Below are positions 41,462 through 51,079 of a stretch of DNA of 64,000 nucleotides, in pieces. A model generated the notes under the pieces. It was not told where the DNA came from and did not search any database. It was given only the letters and a program-made list of their open reading frames with translations. Where the stretch lies: NCBI GenBank assembly GCA_024277675.1, contig JAJRUS010000092.1, forward strand, positions 163 through 64,162. Reading direction: 5' to 3'. The DNA is from a bacterium (GTDB lineage: Bacteria; SZUA-182; SZUA-191; JAJRXT01). The position numbers were made by a program, and so were the translations under genes. Position 1 is the first letter of the stretch. Every line of letters begins with the position of its first letter.

Positions 41462-41476
41462 GATTATATAATTTCC
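41462..41476 (+). promoter_or_regulatory. 15-mer GATTATATAATTTCC (extended -10 TATAAT) upstream of lpxD, identical to the element before serS
   Basis: It is an exact 15/15 match with 46570..46584. Confidence 0.45.
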
Positions 41477-41518
41477 GGTATGCTGAAAAATAGCCTCTTG
41501 CTTAAAGGGACATTTCAA

Positions 41519-42562
41519 ATGAGTAAAACCGCCAGTTTAAAACAACTCTCACAAATTGTAGGTGGCGAGCTGGTCGGTGATGGGGAGCTGTCAATAACCG
41601 GGGTCAGGCCCATTGAGCAGGCTGAAGCTGGAGATATTGCCTTACTGGTACACCCCAAATACAACGCTTTTTTAAAAACCACCAAGGCAACTGCACTCAT
41701 CGTTCCTCCGGTTACCACCGGAATTAAAAAGCCGCATATCATCGTCGCCAATCCCCATATAGCGCTGGCTAAGTTGTTGGAATATTTCCATAGCTCACCC
41801 CATGCCCCTTTCGGGGTGCATCCCCTGGCCGTAATCGGCAAAAACCCCAAACTCGGCAAAGATATATCCATTTATCCCGGAGTCGTATTGGGTAACCAGG
41901 TAAGCCTGGGAAAAGGTGTAACCATTTACCCCGGCGCCTGCATTGGAGATAGGGTAAGCATCGGAACCGATTCGGTAATTCATCAAAATGTGAGTATTTA
42001 TCCCGGAGTAAGTATTGGAAAAAGGGTTGTTTTACATAGCGGCAGTGTCATTGGCAGCCCCGGTTTCGGTTATGTATGGGATGGGGAAAAGCACCGCCCC
42101 ATTCCGCATGTTGGATCTGTGGTAATAGAAGATGATGTCGAAGTGGGGGCGAATGCCGCCATTGATCGGGGAACCATGGGAGATACCCGCATCGGCCGTG
42201 GAGTTAAGATAGACAATTTAGTACAGATCGCCCATAACGTAAGTATTGGCGATCACTCTGTGGTGGTGGCCCAGGTGGGTATTTCCGGCAGCACCGAGAT
42301 CGGCCGCGGGGTTATGCTGGGGGGTCAGGCAGCCGTTGTCGGCCACATCCAAATCGGGGATCAAGCCAAAATAGCCGCCAGAACCGGTATCAGCAAAAAC
42401 GTTCCCGCCGGGGCCGTTATGGCCGGTTTTGCCGGGACACCGCATGCTGAGTGGAAAAAAGCGGTGGTAATTACCCGGCGATTGCCTAAATTACAGGCCA
42501 GAATTCGTGAGCTTGAACAACGGCTTAGCGCAATGGAAAAAGGGGGGACCAGGGAAAAGTGA
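41519..42562 (+). CDS. lpxD: UDP-3-O-(3-hydroxyacyl)glucosamine N-acyltransferase
   Basis: The start MSKTASLKQLSQIVGGELVGD is typical of LpxD, and left-handed beta-helix hexapeptide repeats are present. The track ORF begins at 41480, but the RBS favours 41519. Confidence 0.9.
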   Translation: MSKTASLKQLSQIVGGELVGDGELSITGVRPIEQAEAGDIALLVHPKYNAFLKTTKATALIVPPVTTGIKKPHIIVANPHIALAKLLEYFHSSPHAPFGVHPLAVIGKNPKLGKDISIYPGVVLGNQVSLGKGVTIYPGACIGDRVSIGTDSVIHQNVSIYPGVSIGKRVVLHSGSVIGSPGFGYVWDGEKHRPIPHVGSVVIEDDVEVGANAAIDRGTMGDTRIGRGVKIDNLVQIAHNVSIGDHSVVVAQVGISGSTEIGRGVMLGGQAAVVGHIQIGDQAKIAARTGISKNVPAGAVMAGFAGTPHAEWKKAVVITRRLPKLQARIRELEQRLSAMEKGGTREK

Positions 42563-43791
42563 TTTCTTTAGAGGCAGCCCGGGAAAAGGTGTTGGCCCGG
42601 CTAAAACCTTTGGCTTCAGAAGAGGTAGATATTCTTTCTGGCTGGGGGCGGGTATTGGCCCAGGACGTATATGCCGGTCAAAATGTGCCGCCGGTAGATA
42701 ATTCGGCAATGGATGGTTATGCGGTTAGAGCTGTCGACCTTAAAGGCGCCGGCCCGGAGACCCCTTTAAGTCTCAAAGTTGTCGGAGAAGTAGCTGCCGG
42801 AACAGCATATACTGCCATGCTCAGGGAAGGTGAAGCGGTAAGTATTATGACCGGAGCGCCGATTCCTGAAGGGGCAGATACAATCGTACCGGTGGAATAC
42901 ACCAAACAGGCTGAAAATCGAGTCAGGCTTTACTTAAGCCCCAACCCGGGGGATCATATCCGGCGGGCAGGAGAGGATTTAAGGCAAGGCGGCCTGGTAT
43001 TACACAAAGGGCAAACCGTAGCCGCCGCTCAGCTCGGTATCCTGGCTGCTTTGGGCCTTGGCCGGATAAAGGTGACTAAACGTCCTCGCATAGCCATATT
43101 GGCCACCGGAAATGAGCTACAAGCGGTAGGTGAACCGCCACAAGAAAATCGTATATACAACAGCAATAGTTATACCCTGACTGCCCAGGTACTTGATGCC
43201 GGGGGGGAACCGCTAAGCTTAGGAATAGCTCCGGATGATATCGCTAAGCTAAAACAGGTGCTTGCCAAAACACAGGCTTGTCAAATACTGATTACCTCCG
43301 GCGGGGTTTCGATGGGTAAATATGACCTGATGCAAGCGGCGCTCAAGGCTTTGGGAATGGAACTTATCTTCTGGAAGATAGCCATAAAACCCGGCATGCC
43401 TACTTTGTTCGGCCGCTGGGATGAAAAAATAGTATTTGGCTTGCCCGGTAATCCGGTTGCTTCTATGGTTACTTTCGAAGAATTTATCCGGCCCGCCATT
43501 TATAAAATGTTGGGCAGAAAACAGGTAATGCCGGATTATATAGAGGCGACATCAGCCGAAACTATAAAGAAAAAACAAGGACGTAAAAATCTGGTGCGGG
43601 TGACTCTAACCCTGAAAGATGGCCGATATTATGCAACCCCTGCCGGGCAACAGGGCGCCGGCATGCTTTCCTCTATGTTGGGGGCTGATGGCTTGATGAT
43701 CCTTCATGAAGATAGTGCCGGTATTACCGCCGGGGAGACGGCAACGGTGCAGTTGTTAAACAAAAGTGTGGTGGGTACCGGAAATGCCTGA
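42559..43791 (+). CDS. moeA: molybdopterin molybdenumtransferase
   Basis: It has the four-domain MoeA architecture with a GGVSMG motif. Confidence 0.85.
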   Translation: MISLEAAREKVLARLKPLASEEVDILSGWGRVLAQDVYAGQNVPPVDNSAMDGYAVRAVDLKGAGPETPLSLKVVGEVAAGTAYTAMLREGEAVSIMTGAPIPEGADTIVPVEYTKQAENRVRLYLSPNPGDHIRRAGEDLRQGGLVLHKGQTVAAAQLGILAALGLGRIKVTKRPRIAILATGNELQAVGEPPQENRIYNSNSYTLTAQVLDAGGEPLSLGIAPDDIAKLKQVLAKTQACQILITSGGVSMGKYDLMQAALKALGMELIFWKIAIKPGMPTLFGRWDEKIVFGLPGNPVASMVTFEEFIRPAIYKMLGRKQVMPDYIEATSAETIKKKQGRKNLVRVTLTLKDGRYYATPAGQQGAGMLSSMLGADGLMILHEDSAGITAGETATVQLLNKSVVGTGNA

Positions 43792-44299
43792 AACTACCGA
43801 CTTAACCCCTGTGGTTTCTGTAATAGGGCGCTCCGACAGCGGGAAGACACTTTTTTTAGAGGGTATTATTCCGGAGTTGAAACGTCGTGGATATACCGTG
43901 GCTACGGTTAAACATAATGTGCACGGTTTCGACATCGACCAGCCGGGGAAGGATAGCTGGCGTTATGCTCAAGCGGGAGCAGATAAGGTAATGATTTCCT
44001 CCGCCGGTAAATGGGCCATAATAAGTCAGGTAGTTGGTGAATTGTCGCTCAATCAAATTCAACAACTTATGGGTGAGGTAGATATTATATTAACCGAAGG
44101 ATTCTCTAAGGGTAGCGCACCCAAGATTGAGGTATTAGCCAGGGATTCTCAAAAGCCTTTGTTTCTTGAACAAAATTTAATTGCTTTGATAGCTAAGGCG
44201 GATGTTGATTTTGGGATACCCTGTTTTGGGCCGCATGATTTTATAGGAGTAGCCAATTTTCTGGAACAGCATAATTTGATTAAATACAGAGCAACATAA
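43766..44299 (+). CDS. mobB: molybdopterin-guanine dinucleotide biosynthesis adapter protein
   Basis: It has the P-loop GRSDSGKT and is MobB sized, overlapping moeA. Confidence 0.8.
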   Translation: MWWVPEMPETTDLTPVVSVIGRSDSGKTLFLEGIIPELKRRGYTVATVKHNVHGFDIDQPGKDSWRYAQAGADKVMISSAGKWAIISQVVGELSLNQIQQLMGEVDIILTEGFSKGSAPKIEVLARDSQKPLFLEQNLIALIAKADVDFGIPCFGPHDFIGVANFLEQHNLIKYRAT

Positions 44300-44347
44300 A
44301 ATTGCTGTTGTTTACAAAGAATTTTTTGCAAAAAATACTTTTTTAAT

Positions 44348-44375
44348 TTGACAATGTTGTAACTTATGTTATACT
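44348..44375 (+). promoter_or_regulatory. sigma70-like promoter TTGACA-N16-TATACT for the cNMP-binding protein gene
   Basis: It has a consensus -35 and a near-consensus -10, and is flanked by GTT(T)ACAAAG repeats and a TTTTTTGCAAAAAA palindrome. Confidence 0.45.
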
Positions 44376-44423
44376 TTATTAAAAATTCTTGTGTTACAAA
44401 GGATTCAGGAAGGAGCAAAAACC

Positions 44424-44882
44424 ATGGAAGCATTTGAGCTGTTGAAAAAGAGCCCCTTATTCAGGGAATTAAACGAGCAAGAGTTACGGCGAATAGCCAG
44501 CGTAATTAAAACGCAACATTTTTCCAAGGGAGATGTTGTTTTTGACCAAGGGGAAAAGGGAGGCAAGCTATATCTTATAAAAAATGGTTGCGTAGAGGTC
44601 ACCTTACCTGTCTGTCGTTTTGACAGCCGCGACGAAAAACTGGCTACCATTAAGGAGGGTGAATACTTCGGCGAATTGTCATTTTTTGATGGTGGGGAAC
44701 ATTCTGCGCGGGTAACTGCATTAGAAGATTTAGACCTGTTTGTGCTCTCGCGTGAGGGTTATAATGCCATAATTTCATCCGACTTAGAGCAGGGAACAGA
44801 AATCCAACGCAAGATTATCTTGACCGTAATCAATATCTTAAGAGAAATGAATAAACGTTATTCTCATCGGCCATTTATTTGA
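44424..44882 (+). CDS. stand-alone cyclic nucleotide-binding (cNMP/CAP effector) domain protein
   Basis: It has the phosphate-binding cassette FGELSFFDGGEHSARVTA and no attached HTH. The ATG at 44424 has an RBS GGAAGGAG. Confidence 0.7.
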   Translation: MEAFELLKKSPLFRELNEQELRRIASVIKTQHFSKGDVVFDQGEKGGKLYLIKNGCVEVTLPVCRFDSRDEKLATIKEGEYFGELSFFDGGEHSARVTALEDLDLFVLSREGYNAIISSDLEQGTEIQRKIILTVINILREMNKRYSHRPFI

Positions 44883-44892
44883 TGCTGGGGTA

Positions 44893-45096
44893 TTGGTGAA
44901 GTTTAAGCACTTAACTAAATTTATATTAGGCCTGCTGGGGGCTTTATTTTTAATCGCTATCGGCGTTGAGGGAATTAGCGCTAATACCGACTCCACCAAT
45001 ATTCTAATTGCTATTATGTTCATTGGAGGGGGGCTTTATCTGTTTTTTAGTATAAGCTATCGGCTGATAAAAAGGTTGAGGATTTGGAATAAATAA
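44893..45096 (+). CDS. small two-helix membrane protein (67 aa), hypothetical
   Basis: The call rests only on its hydrophobic helices and a small ORF. Confidence 0.3.
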   Translation: MVKFKHLTKFILGLLGALFLIAIGVEGISANTDSTNILIAIMFIGGGLYLFFSISYRLIKRLRIWNK

Positions 45097-45135
45097 AACC
45101 ATTATTCAAATATTTTTTAAATAAGGAGGAATCAG

Positions 45136-45852
45136 ATGACGTTTTATTTAGGACAAAGAATAAAACACCTAAGGAAAAATAAAGGCTTGACACAGTTTGA
45201 TTTAGAGAAAAGAACCGGCATAAAACGAGAATATTTATCTAAAATAGAAAACGACGAATTAAATAATCCTACTTTTTCAACTTTACTCAAAATTTGTGAA
45301 GGAATCGGGGTTCCGGTTACTGAGTTACTTTCCGGTAAAGACGAACTGCCTACTCGCAAAGAACCGCTAATTCGGGTGTTGTCCGGCTCAGGAGAGAATA
45401 AAGCTGTGGCGGCCCGCATCGAAAAAGGAGATTTTCGGGTGGTTCCTATAATAAGCGATGATTTTGCCGGCAGTAATCCAAAATATATCAGCAAAAATGA
45501 TATACTTGGCTATAGCATAATAAATGCCGATTATTTAGAACCCTCCACAGATCAACACCGTTATCGCTGCTTATATGTTAAGCCCGATAACTATGGGATG
45601 CATCCTTTAATAGAACCCGGAGCTATCGTATGTATTGATTCCCATCAGCGGGAACCGGAAACAATTAACCGAAGCCTGGTGGTTTTTAAGGATAATAATG
45701 GAGGCTGTGTAATTAGAAGGCTTAGTTTGGAAAAAAACTATCTTTTAGGTATCCCTGAAAATATAAAAGACTATGCCCCGCTGGTTATTTCCGCTAATAA
45801 GGAAGCCCGGTTGTTGGGAAAAGTTGTGTGGTACCAAAGTGCAAAAACTTAA
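45136..45852 (+). CDS. XRE-family HTH + peptidase S24 (LexA/CI-like) repressor with apparently degenerate catalytic dyad
   Basis: It has an N-terminal HTH (LTQFDLEKRTGIKREYLSKIE) and a C-terminal S24 fold (GMHPLIEPGAIVCID). The expected GDSM has become DNYGM and the expected VKRL has become VIRRL. Confidence 0.65.
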   Translation: MTFYLGQRIKHLRKNKGLTQFDLEKRTGIKREYLSKIENDELNNPTFSTLLKICEGIGVPVTELLSGKDELPTRKEPLIRVLSGSGENKAVAARIEKGDFRVVPIISDDFAGSNPKYISKNDILGYSIINADYLEPSTDQHRYRCLYVKPDNYGMHPLIEPGAIVCIDSHQREPETINRSLVVFKDNNGGCVIRRLSLEKNYLLGIPENIKDYAPLVISANKEARLLGKVVWYQSAKT

Positions 45853-45862
45853 ACTGCCAAAC

Positions 45863-45903
45863 AAAAAAAGGGGGGCCGCATATACTTTGGCCCCCCTTTT
45901 TTT
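45863..45903. terminator. bidirectional intrinsic terminator (A7-GGGGGGCC-loop-GGCCCCCC-T7) shared by the XRE/S24 gene (+) and hup (-)
   Basis: A perfect 8-bp GC stem is flanked by A- and T-runs. Confidence 0.7.
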
Positions 45904-45909
45904 GTTTGG

Positions 45910-46182
45910 CTATGTTACATAATTGGTAAAGTTCGCACTAGGCTTAAATTTTACTACATTTTTTGCAGGAATTTTAATTTCCGCCCCAGTCTTAGGATTT
46001 CTCCCCTTTCTGGCGGCCCGACGCCCCAGGCTGTAAGTACCAAAACCGGCTAATCTCACGGTATCGCTCTGCCTGATTGACTCTTTAATCGATAAAAGGA
46101 AAGAATTCAGCGCCTTTTCGGCAGCCACCTTAGTAATATCTGCATCCTGTGAAATTTGAGCAATTAAATCCGCTTTGTTCAT
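45910..46182 (-). CDS. hup: DNA-binding protein HU
   Basis: It has MNKADLIA and the ...GFGTF...R.GRNP.TGE.I.I... HU/IHF signature, and is 90 aa. Confidence 0.9.
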   Translation of the reverse strand: MNKADLIAQISQDADITKVAAEKALNSFLLSIKESIRQSDTVRLAGFGTYSLGRRAARKGRNPKTGAEIKIPAKNVVKFKPSANFTNYVT

Positions 46183-46547
46183 ACCTGCCCCCTTTCTTAT
46201 AATAAGAGTTTACCGTTAACATGTAAAGTTTATATCAAGTGCAGTTTTATTTGTCAAGTAAAATATAAAATTTTTTCCTTTATTGACTAAATAAAAATTG
46301 AATTTAGCTGCTAAAACAGCCGCTTTTTCACTGTCATTTCTTTGATTATATTAGACTTACAAGTCATTTGATTGGGTAATAAGCGCTTTTGGTAGCCATT
46401 TGTTTTTTTCAGCGGCCTTGTCGGTAATATATGTATCACCGTCCTGTCGTATCGAAATGGGGTCAGCGACCCTAATTATCACAAAATTGCCTTTAAACGT
46501 TCTTGCCATACAAAACTCTCTTTGTTATAATTCTCCCACAAAAGAAA

Positions 46548-46584
46548 CCAGCCACAGGCTGGTGAGACGGATTATATAATTTCC
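46548..46584 (+). promoter_or_regulatory. hairpin CCAGCC-ACAG-GGCTGG followed 7 nt later by the 15-mer GATTATATAATTTCC (-10) upstream of serS
   Basis: The stem and the 15-mer are identical to the elements at 41350..41364 and 41462..41476. Confidence 0.45.
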
Positions 46585-46605
46585 TATACAGTAATTATTT
46601 GCCTT

Positions 46606-47880
46606 ATGCTTGACACCCATTATATTAGAGAACAACCACAGTTAATTAAGCAGGGGTATGCCCAGCGAGGGGTTGAGGTAGATATTGCCGGTTTTTTGGA
46701 ATTGGACGCCAAGCGCAGAGATTTACTGCAACAGAGTGAACAATTAAAGCGCCAAAAAAATACTGTGTCTCAGCAGGTAGCCAACTTGAAACGTCAGGGG
46801 CTGTCGGCTGAAGCGGAAATTGCCCAAATGAAGCAAGTTTCACAAACTACCAGGCAGTTAGATGAGCAACTGAGGCATTGTCAACAAGAACTCAGCCAAC
46901 TGCTACTTAATTTTCCCAATATTCCTCATGCGAGTGTGCCACTGGGAAAGGATGATAAAGACAACGCCGAGGTGCGACGCTGGGGGGAGTTGCCCAGATT
47001 TGACTTTACCCCTAAATCGCATAACGAGCTGGGTGAACGCTTGAAAATTCTGGATTTTGACCGGGCAGCCAAGATAACCGGCGCTCGTTTTTGTATATAC
47101 CGGGGAGTCGGTGCGCTGCTTGAGCGGGCGCTGGCTAACTTCATGCTGGACTTACATATTAAAGAGCACGGCTATACTGAACTGCTTACGCCTTATCTGG
47201 TGAACAGTAACAGCCTGCTTGGTACGGGGCAATTACCTAAATTTGAACAGGAACTTTTCAAGCTGGAGACCGATGGTTATTATCTTATTCCAACCGCCGA
47301 GGTGTCGGTAACCAACATACATCGCGATGAAATCCTGACAGAAGCACAATTACCCTTATATTATGTAGCCTACACGCCTTGCTTCAGGCGGGAGGCCGGC
47401 TCTTACGGGCAAGATACCCGGGGTCTTATTCGCCAACACCAGTTCAACAAAGTGGAACTGGTTAAATTCACTACCCCGGAGACATCTTATCAGGAATTGG
47501 AAAAACTATTAGCCAATGCCGAAGAGGTATTAAAACGCCTGGAATTACCGTATCGGGTGGTTAATTTATGTACTGGAGACCTGGGCTTTTCGGCGGCCAA
47601 GACCTATGATATTGAAGTCTGGGTGCCCAGCCAGCAGCGTTATCGGGAGATATCCTCATGCAGTAATTTCGAGGCTTTCCAGGCGCGGCGGGCCAAAATC
47701 AGATACCGCCCGCAAAACGGCCGCCAGGGTACCGCCTTTGTGCATACCCTGAACGGTTCCGGGCTGGCGGTAGGCCGCACGGTGGTGGCCATTCTGGAAA
47801 ACTATCAACAAGAGGATGGTAGCATTCTAATTCCTAAAGCTTTACAGCCCTATATGGATGGACTGCCAAGAATAGCTTAG
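46606..47880 (+). CDS. serS: serine--tRNA ligase
   Basis: It has an N-terminal coiled-coil arm and a class II core (e.g. [15 protein letters not shown]). Confidence 0.95.
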   Translation: MLDTHYIREQPQLIKQGYAQRGVEVDIAGFLELDAKRRDLLQQSEQLKRQKNTVSQQVANLKRQGLSAEAEIAQMKQVSQTTRQLDEQLRHCQQELSQLLLNFPNIPHASVPLGKDDKDNAEVRRWGELPRFDFTPKSHNELGERLKILDFDRAAKITGARFCIYRGVGALLERALANFMLDLHIKEHGYTELLTPYLVNSNSLLGTGQLPKFEQELFKLETDGYYLIPTAEVSVTNIHRDEILTEAQLPLYYVAYTPCFRREAGSYGQDTRGLIRQHQFNKVELVKFTTPETSYQELEKLLANAEEVLKRLELPYRVVNLCTGDLGFSAAKTYDIEVWVPSQQRYREISSCSNFEAFQARRAKIRYRPQNGRQGTAFVHTLNGSGLAVGRTVVAILENYQQEDGSILIPKALQPYMDGLPRIA

Positions 47881-48027
47881 TACCCGAATAATGCGGGGCG
47901 ACCGTCAAGTTTGACGACTGGCAAGGCGGCGCAGAATTTTGCGAGGGAGGCATACATGTGTGTATGTTGACCGAGGAAAATTCAAGCCAACGCAGCCAGG
48001 CGGTAAAATCGGCGGTCGCCGAGATGC

Positions 48028-48114
48028 GGAGGGATGGCCGAGTGGTTTAAGGCGACGGTCTTGAAAACCGTTGGGTTAATAGCCCCGTGGGTTCGAATCC
48101 TACTCCCTCCGCCA
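48028..48114 (+). tRNA. tRNA-Ser (anticodon UGA), class II with long variable arm, CCA encoded
   Basis: The cloverleaf was folded by hand: acceptor GGAGGGA/TCCCTCC, a 3-bp D stem, anticodon stem ACGGT/ACCGT with loop CTTGAAA, a 5-bp variable arm and a TTCGAAT T-loop. Confidence 0.85.
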
Positions 48115-48145
48115 TATTTTCTCTAACATTTTTAAGGTAACCTAA

Positions 48146-48685
48146 ATGGCTGAAAAAGAACGATTACTGGAAATACTTAAACAAACGGCTTTAAAAAAGG
48201 GTGGCTTTACCCTCTCTTCGGGAGCCACCAGCAATTATTATATAGATGCCCGCATGCTCACCACTCATCCGGAGGGATCGTATTTAATTGGTAAGCTTAT
48301 ATTCAACATAATAAAGGTTGCTGATATAGCCGCTATTGGCGGGCCGGCTTTGGGAGCTATCCCTATTGCTACCGCCGTATCTTTAGTAAGTTATCTGGAG
48401 GGTGCGCCCATTCCAGCCTTCTTTGTAAGGGGCACGACCAAACAATATGGCGCCCGGAAAGGCATTGAAGGTAATATAGCGCCCGGCTCGCGAGTGGTGG
48501 TAGTCGAAGATGTAATAACTACCGCCAAATCCGTGGCGGCGGCAATTGAGCGGCTGAAAGAGTTTGGTTGTCAGGTAATAAGGGTTATCTGTATTGTGGA
48601 TCGGGAAGCCGGCGGTCGGGAAAGGTTGACTCAGGCAGGTTATAATTTAGAAGCAATTTTCACTAAAGCTGATTTAGGCATTTAA
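48146..48685 (+). CDS. pyrE: orotate phosphoribosyltransferase (type I PRTase)
   Basis: It has the PRPP-binding motif VVVVEDVITTAKS and PyrE-like length and N-terminus. Confidence 0.75.
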   Translation: MAEKERLLEILKQTALKKGGFTLSSGATSNYYIDARMLTTHPEGSYLIGKLIFNIIKVADIAAIGGPALGAIPIATAVSLVSYLEGAPIPAFFVRGTTKQYGARKGIEGNIAPGSRVVVVEDVITTAKSVAAAIERLKEFGCQVIRVICIVDREAGGRERLTQAGYNLEAIFTKADLGI

Positions 48686-48697
48686 CTTGACCCTTTA

Positions 48698-51079
48698 TTA
48701 ATCCAGGCTGAATCCAGTTGGTTTCGGCTCACTGACGGCAACATCCGCCGCTGAAACCGCCTGGCGGGCAAGATCAAGGTCCACCATCAAAAATTTATCG
48801 CTGGTTGGTTGATGTCGGTCACAAAGTTTTTGGGGTTGGGTACCCGCCACAAAATCCTCCACCATTATCTTCTCGCATTCTCCGGTGGCCAACATGCCGG
48901 AGTCCGTATCCACGCTTACCCTTACTATCTTTGGCGGTGGAATAAATGATCGTATCGGGGCATCTATCAGGGCTTCCTTCATAAACCTGACCCAAATGGG
49001 ACTGGCCGCTCTTGAACCAGTTTCCACCGGGCCCAAGGATTTGTTCTCATCCATGCCGACCCATACCCCGGTCGCTAAATGTGGGGCAAAACCCATGAAC
49101 CAGGCATCAATATATTTGTTGGTAGTTCCGGTCTTGCCGGCCAGGGGCCGACCAATATATTTGGCCCGCCAACCAGTACCATGTTCCACCACCCCCTGTA
49201 ACAGGCTGGTCATCAAATAAGCAATTACTTTATCCAGCACCCGCTTTGGTTTGGGAATATTTTCTTCCAGGATGTTACCTTGGTTATCGGTCACATAGCG
49301 AATAGAAAAGGGCGGTGCTCTAAGCCCTCCGTTGGCAAACACTCCATAAGCGCTGGTAAGTTCCAGCAAAGTTACCCCTGAAGAGCCCAGCGCCAACGAA
49401 AGGTCATCCGCCAGCACACTTTTAATTCCCAACCGGTGCGCCGTTTGTATTGCCTTTTCTATGCCTACCCGCTCCAGCAGTTTAACGGTAACCACATTAC
49501 GAGAATGTTCCAGGGCTTTCCTGAGGGTGGTAGGCCCATAAAACTTTTCATAATAATTAACCGGCTTCCAATCCTCATCCATCCATTCATCTTTATAAAT
49601 AACGGCGGTATCTAATATAATATCGGCCAGGGTCATGCCCTGCAAGAGTGCGGTAGTATAAATTATGGGCTTAAAAGAAGATCCGGGCTGGCGCCGGGCT
49701 TGTATTGCCCTGTTAAATTTACTGACATCAAAATCATAGCCCCCCACCAACGCCAACATATAACCCGTACCCGGATCCAATACTACCATAGCTCCCTGGC
49801 AAAGCGGTTCTTGGTCCAGGGCCAGCTTATAAATGGTTTGTCCACCGGTTTTTTCCAGGCCCAGCACTTTTACAATTATCTTGCTGCCAGGCTTAAACAG
49901 TTTTTCCGGTTTGGTTTTCAGCCAGCTCATCTGTTTTTGGGGCAATTTTCCCTGACAAGCGCCGACCTTAACCATAAGCCCGGTGGGGGCTACTGTTTGA
50001 ACCCGGCCCAAGTATTGCTCTCCAATTTTCAGCACAGCCAAATCATCCCGGGGAATCAATCGGGGAGCTATGGGGGTGTCTTCTTTGACGACCCGATATC
50101 CCTGTCGCCGATCCACTTCTTTAATCCCCCAGCGTAGGGCCTCCTGGGCCAGTTGTTGAAACCTTAAATCCAGGGTAGTGTAAACCTTCAACCCATCACG
50201 ATAGAGAGCCGTACTACCATATTTTTGTTCTAACTGCTGTCTGATATATTCGGTAAAATAGGGGGCCGCATTCTTCCCGCCTTTTGGTCGAGGGTGTATT
50301 TTTTCTGCTACCGCCGCCTGATATTGCTCCTTGTTTATATATCCTTCGGCCAGCATTCGATCAAGTACGTGTTTTCTTCGTAGCTTAGCTTTAATCGGAT
50401 GGCGAATAGGGGAATATGTGTTGGGCGCCTTAGGCAGCCCGGCAATAAGCGCACATTCCGCCAGGTCCAGTTCACTTACCGGCTTGCCAAAGTAATTAAT
50501 GGCCGCTGCTTGTACTCCATAGGCTCCATGACCAAAATAGACTTGATTAAGATATAATTCTAAAATGTTTGCTTTTGAATATTGTCGTTCTATCTTAAGT
50601 GATAGTAAAGCTTCCCGTAACTTACGAACAATCGCCTTCTGGGGGGTGAGAAACAATGCCCGGGCCAATTGTTGGGTGATGGTACTGCCACCTTCTACGA
50701 ATCGCCGGGCTTTAAGGTTTTTGGTGGCTGCCCGGACGATACCCAGCCAGTCTATGCCATGGTGCTGATAAAAGTGGGCATCTTCAACGGCTACAATTGC
50801 ATTTTTCAACGCCGGTGGAATGGTGTTTAATGGAACCAGTGTTCTTTTTTCCACCGCAAACTGGGCAAATTTGCGATCATTTAAAGAATATAGCTTAGTG
50901 GTTAAGCTGGGACGGTAGCTGTCTATTTGTCTTATATCCGGTAAACCTTGAATTAAATAATAAGTATATCCAACGGTCCCCAAAACCAGCAGGCATAAAC
51001 ATAAAACAACCCAACGCAGTTTAGCTAAAAATTTGTGCCAACCTGTTTTCGATACTTTATCTACCATTTGGGTTTCCAC
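48698..51079 (-). CDS. mrcA: class A penicillin-binding protein 1A (glycosyltransferase + transpeptidase)
   Basis: It has the GT51 motifs (EDAHFYQHHGID, GGSTITQQL) and the transpeptidase motifs SSFKP, SRN and KTGT. Confidence 0.9.
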   Translation of the reverse strand: METQMVDKVSKTGWHKFLAKLRWVVLCLCLLVLGTVGYTYYLIQGLPDIRQIDSYRPSLTTKLYSLNDRKFAQFAVEKRTLVPLNTIPPALKNAIVAVEDAHFYQHHGIDWLGIVRAATKNLKARRFVEGGSTITQQLARALFLTPQKAIVRKLREALLSLKIERQYSKANILELYLNQVYFGHGAYGVQAAAINYFGKPVSELDLAECALIAGLPKAPNTYSPIRHPIKAKLRRKHVLDRMLAEGYINKEQYQAAVAEKIHPRPKGGKNAAPYFTEYIRQQLEQKYGSTALYRDGLKVYTTLDLRFQQLAQEALRWGIKEVDRRQGYRVVKEDTPIAPRLIPRDDLAVLKIGEQYLGRVQTVAPTGLMVKVGACQGKLPQKQMSWLKTKPEKLFKPGSKIIVKVLGLEKTGGQTIYKLALDQEPLCQGAMVVLDPGTGYMLALVGGYDFDVSKFNRAIQARRQPGSSFKPIIYTTALLQGMTLADIILDTAVIYKDEWMDEDWKPVNYYEKFYGPTTLRKALEHSRNVVTVKLLERVGIEKAIQTAHRLGIKSVLADDLSLALGSSGVTLLELTSAYGVFANGGLRAPPFSIRYVTDNQGNILEENIPKPKRVLDKVIAYLMTSLLQGVVEHGTGWRAKYIGRPLAGKTGTTNKYIDAWFMGFAPHLATGVWVGMDENKSLGPVETGSRAASPIWVRFMKEALIDAPIRSFIPPPKIVRVSVDTDSGMLATGECEKIMVEDFVAGTQPQKLCDRHQPTSDKFLMVDLDLARQAVSAADVAVSEPKPTGFSLD

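Noticed and set aside
41480-41518. Upstream ATG (track start) for lpxD
   Set aside because: It lies 3 nt after a TATAAT -10 element with no RBS. The ATG at 41519 has an RBS and gives the canonical LpxD N-terminus.
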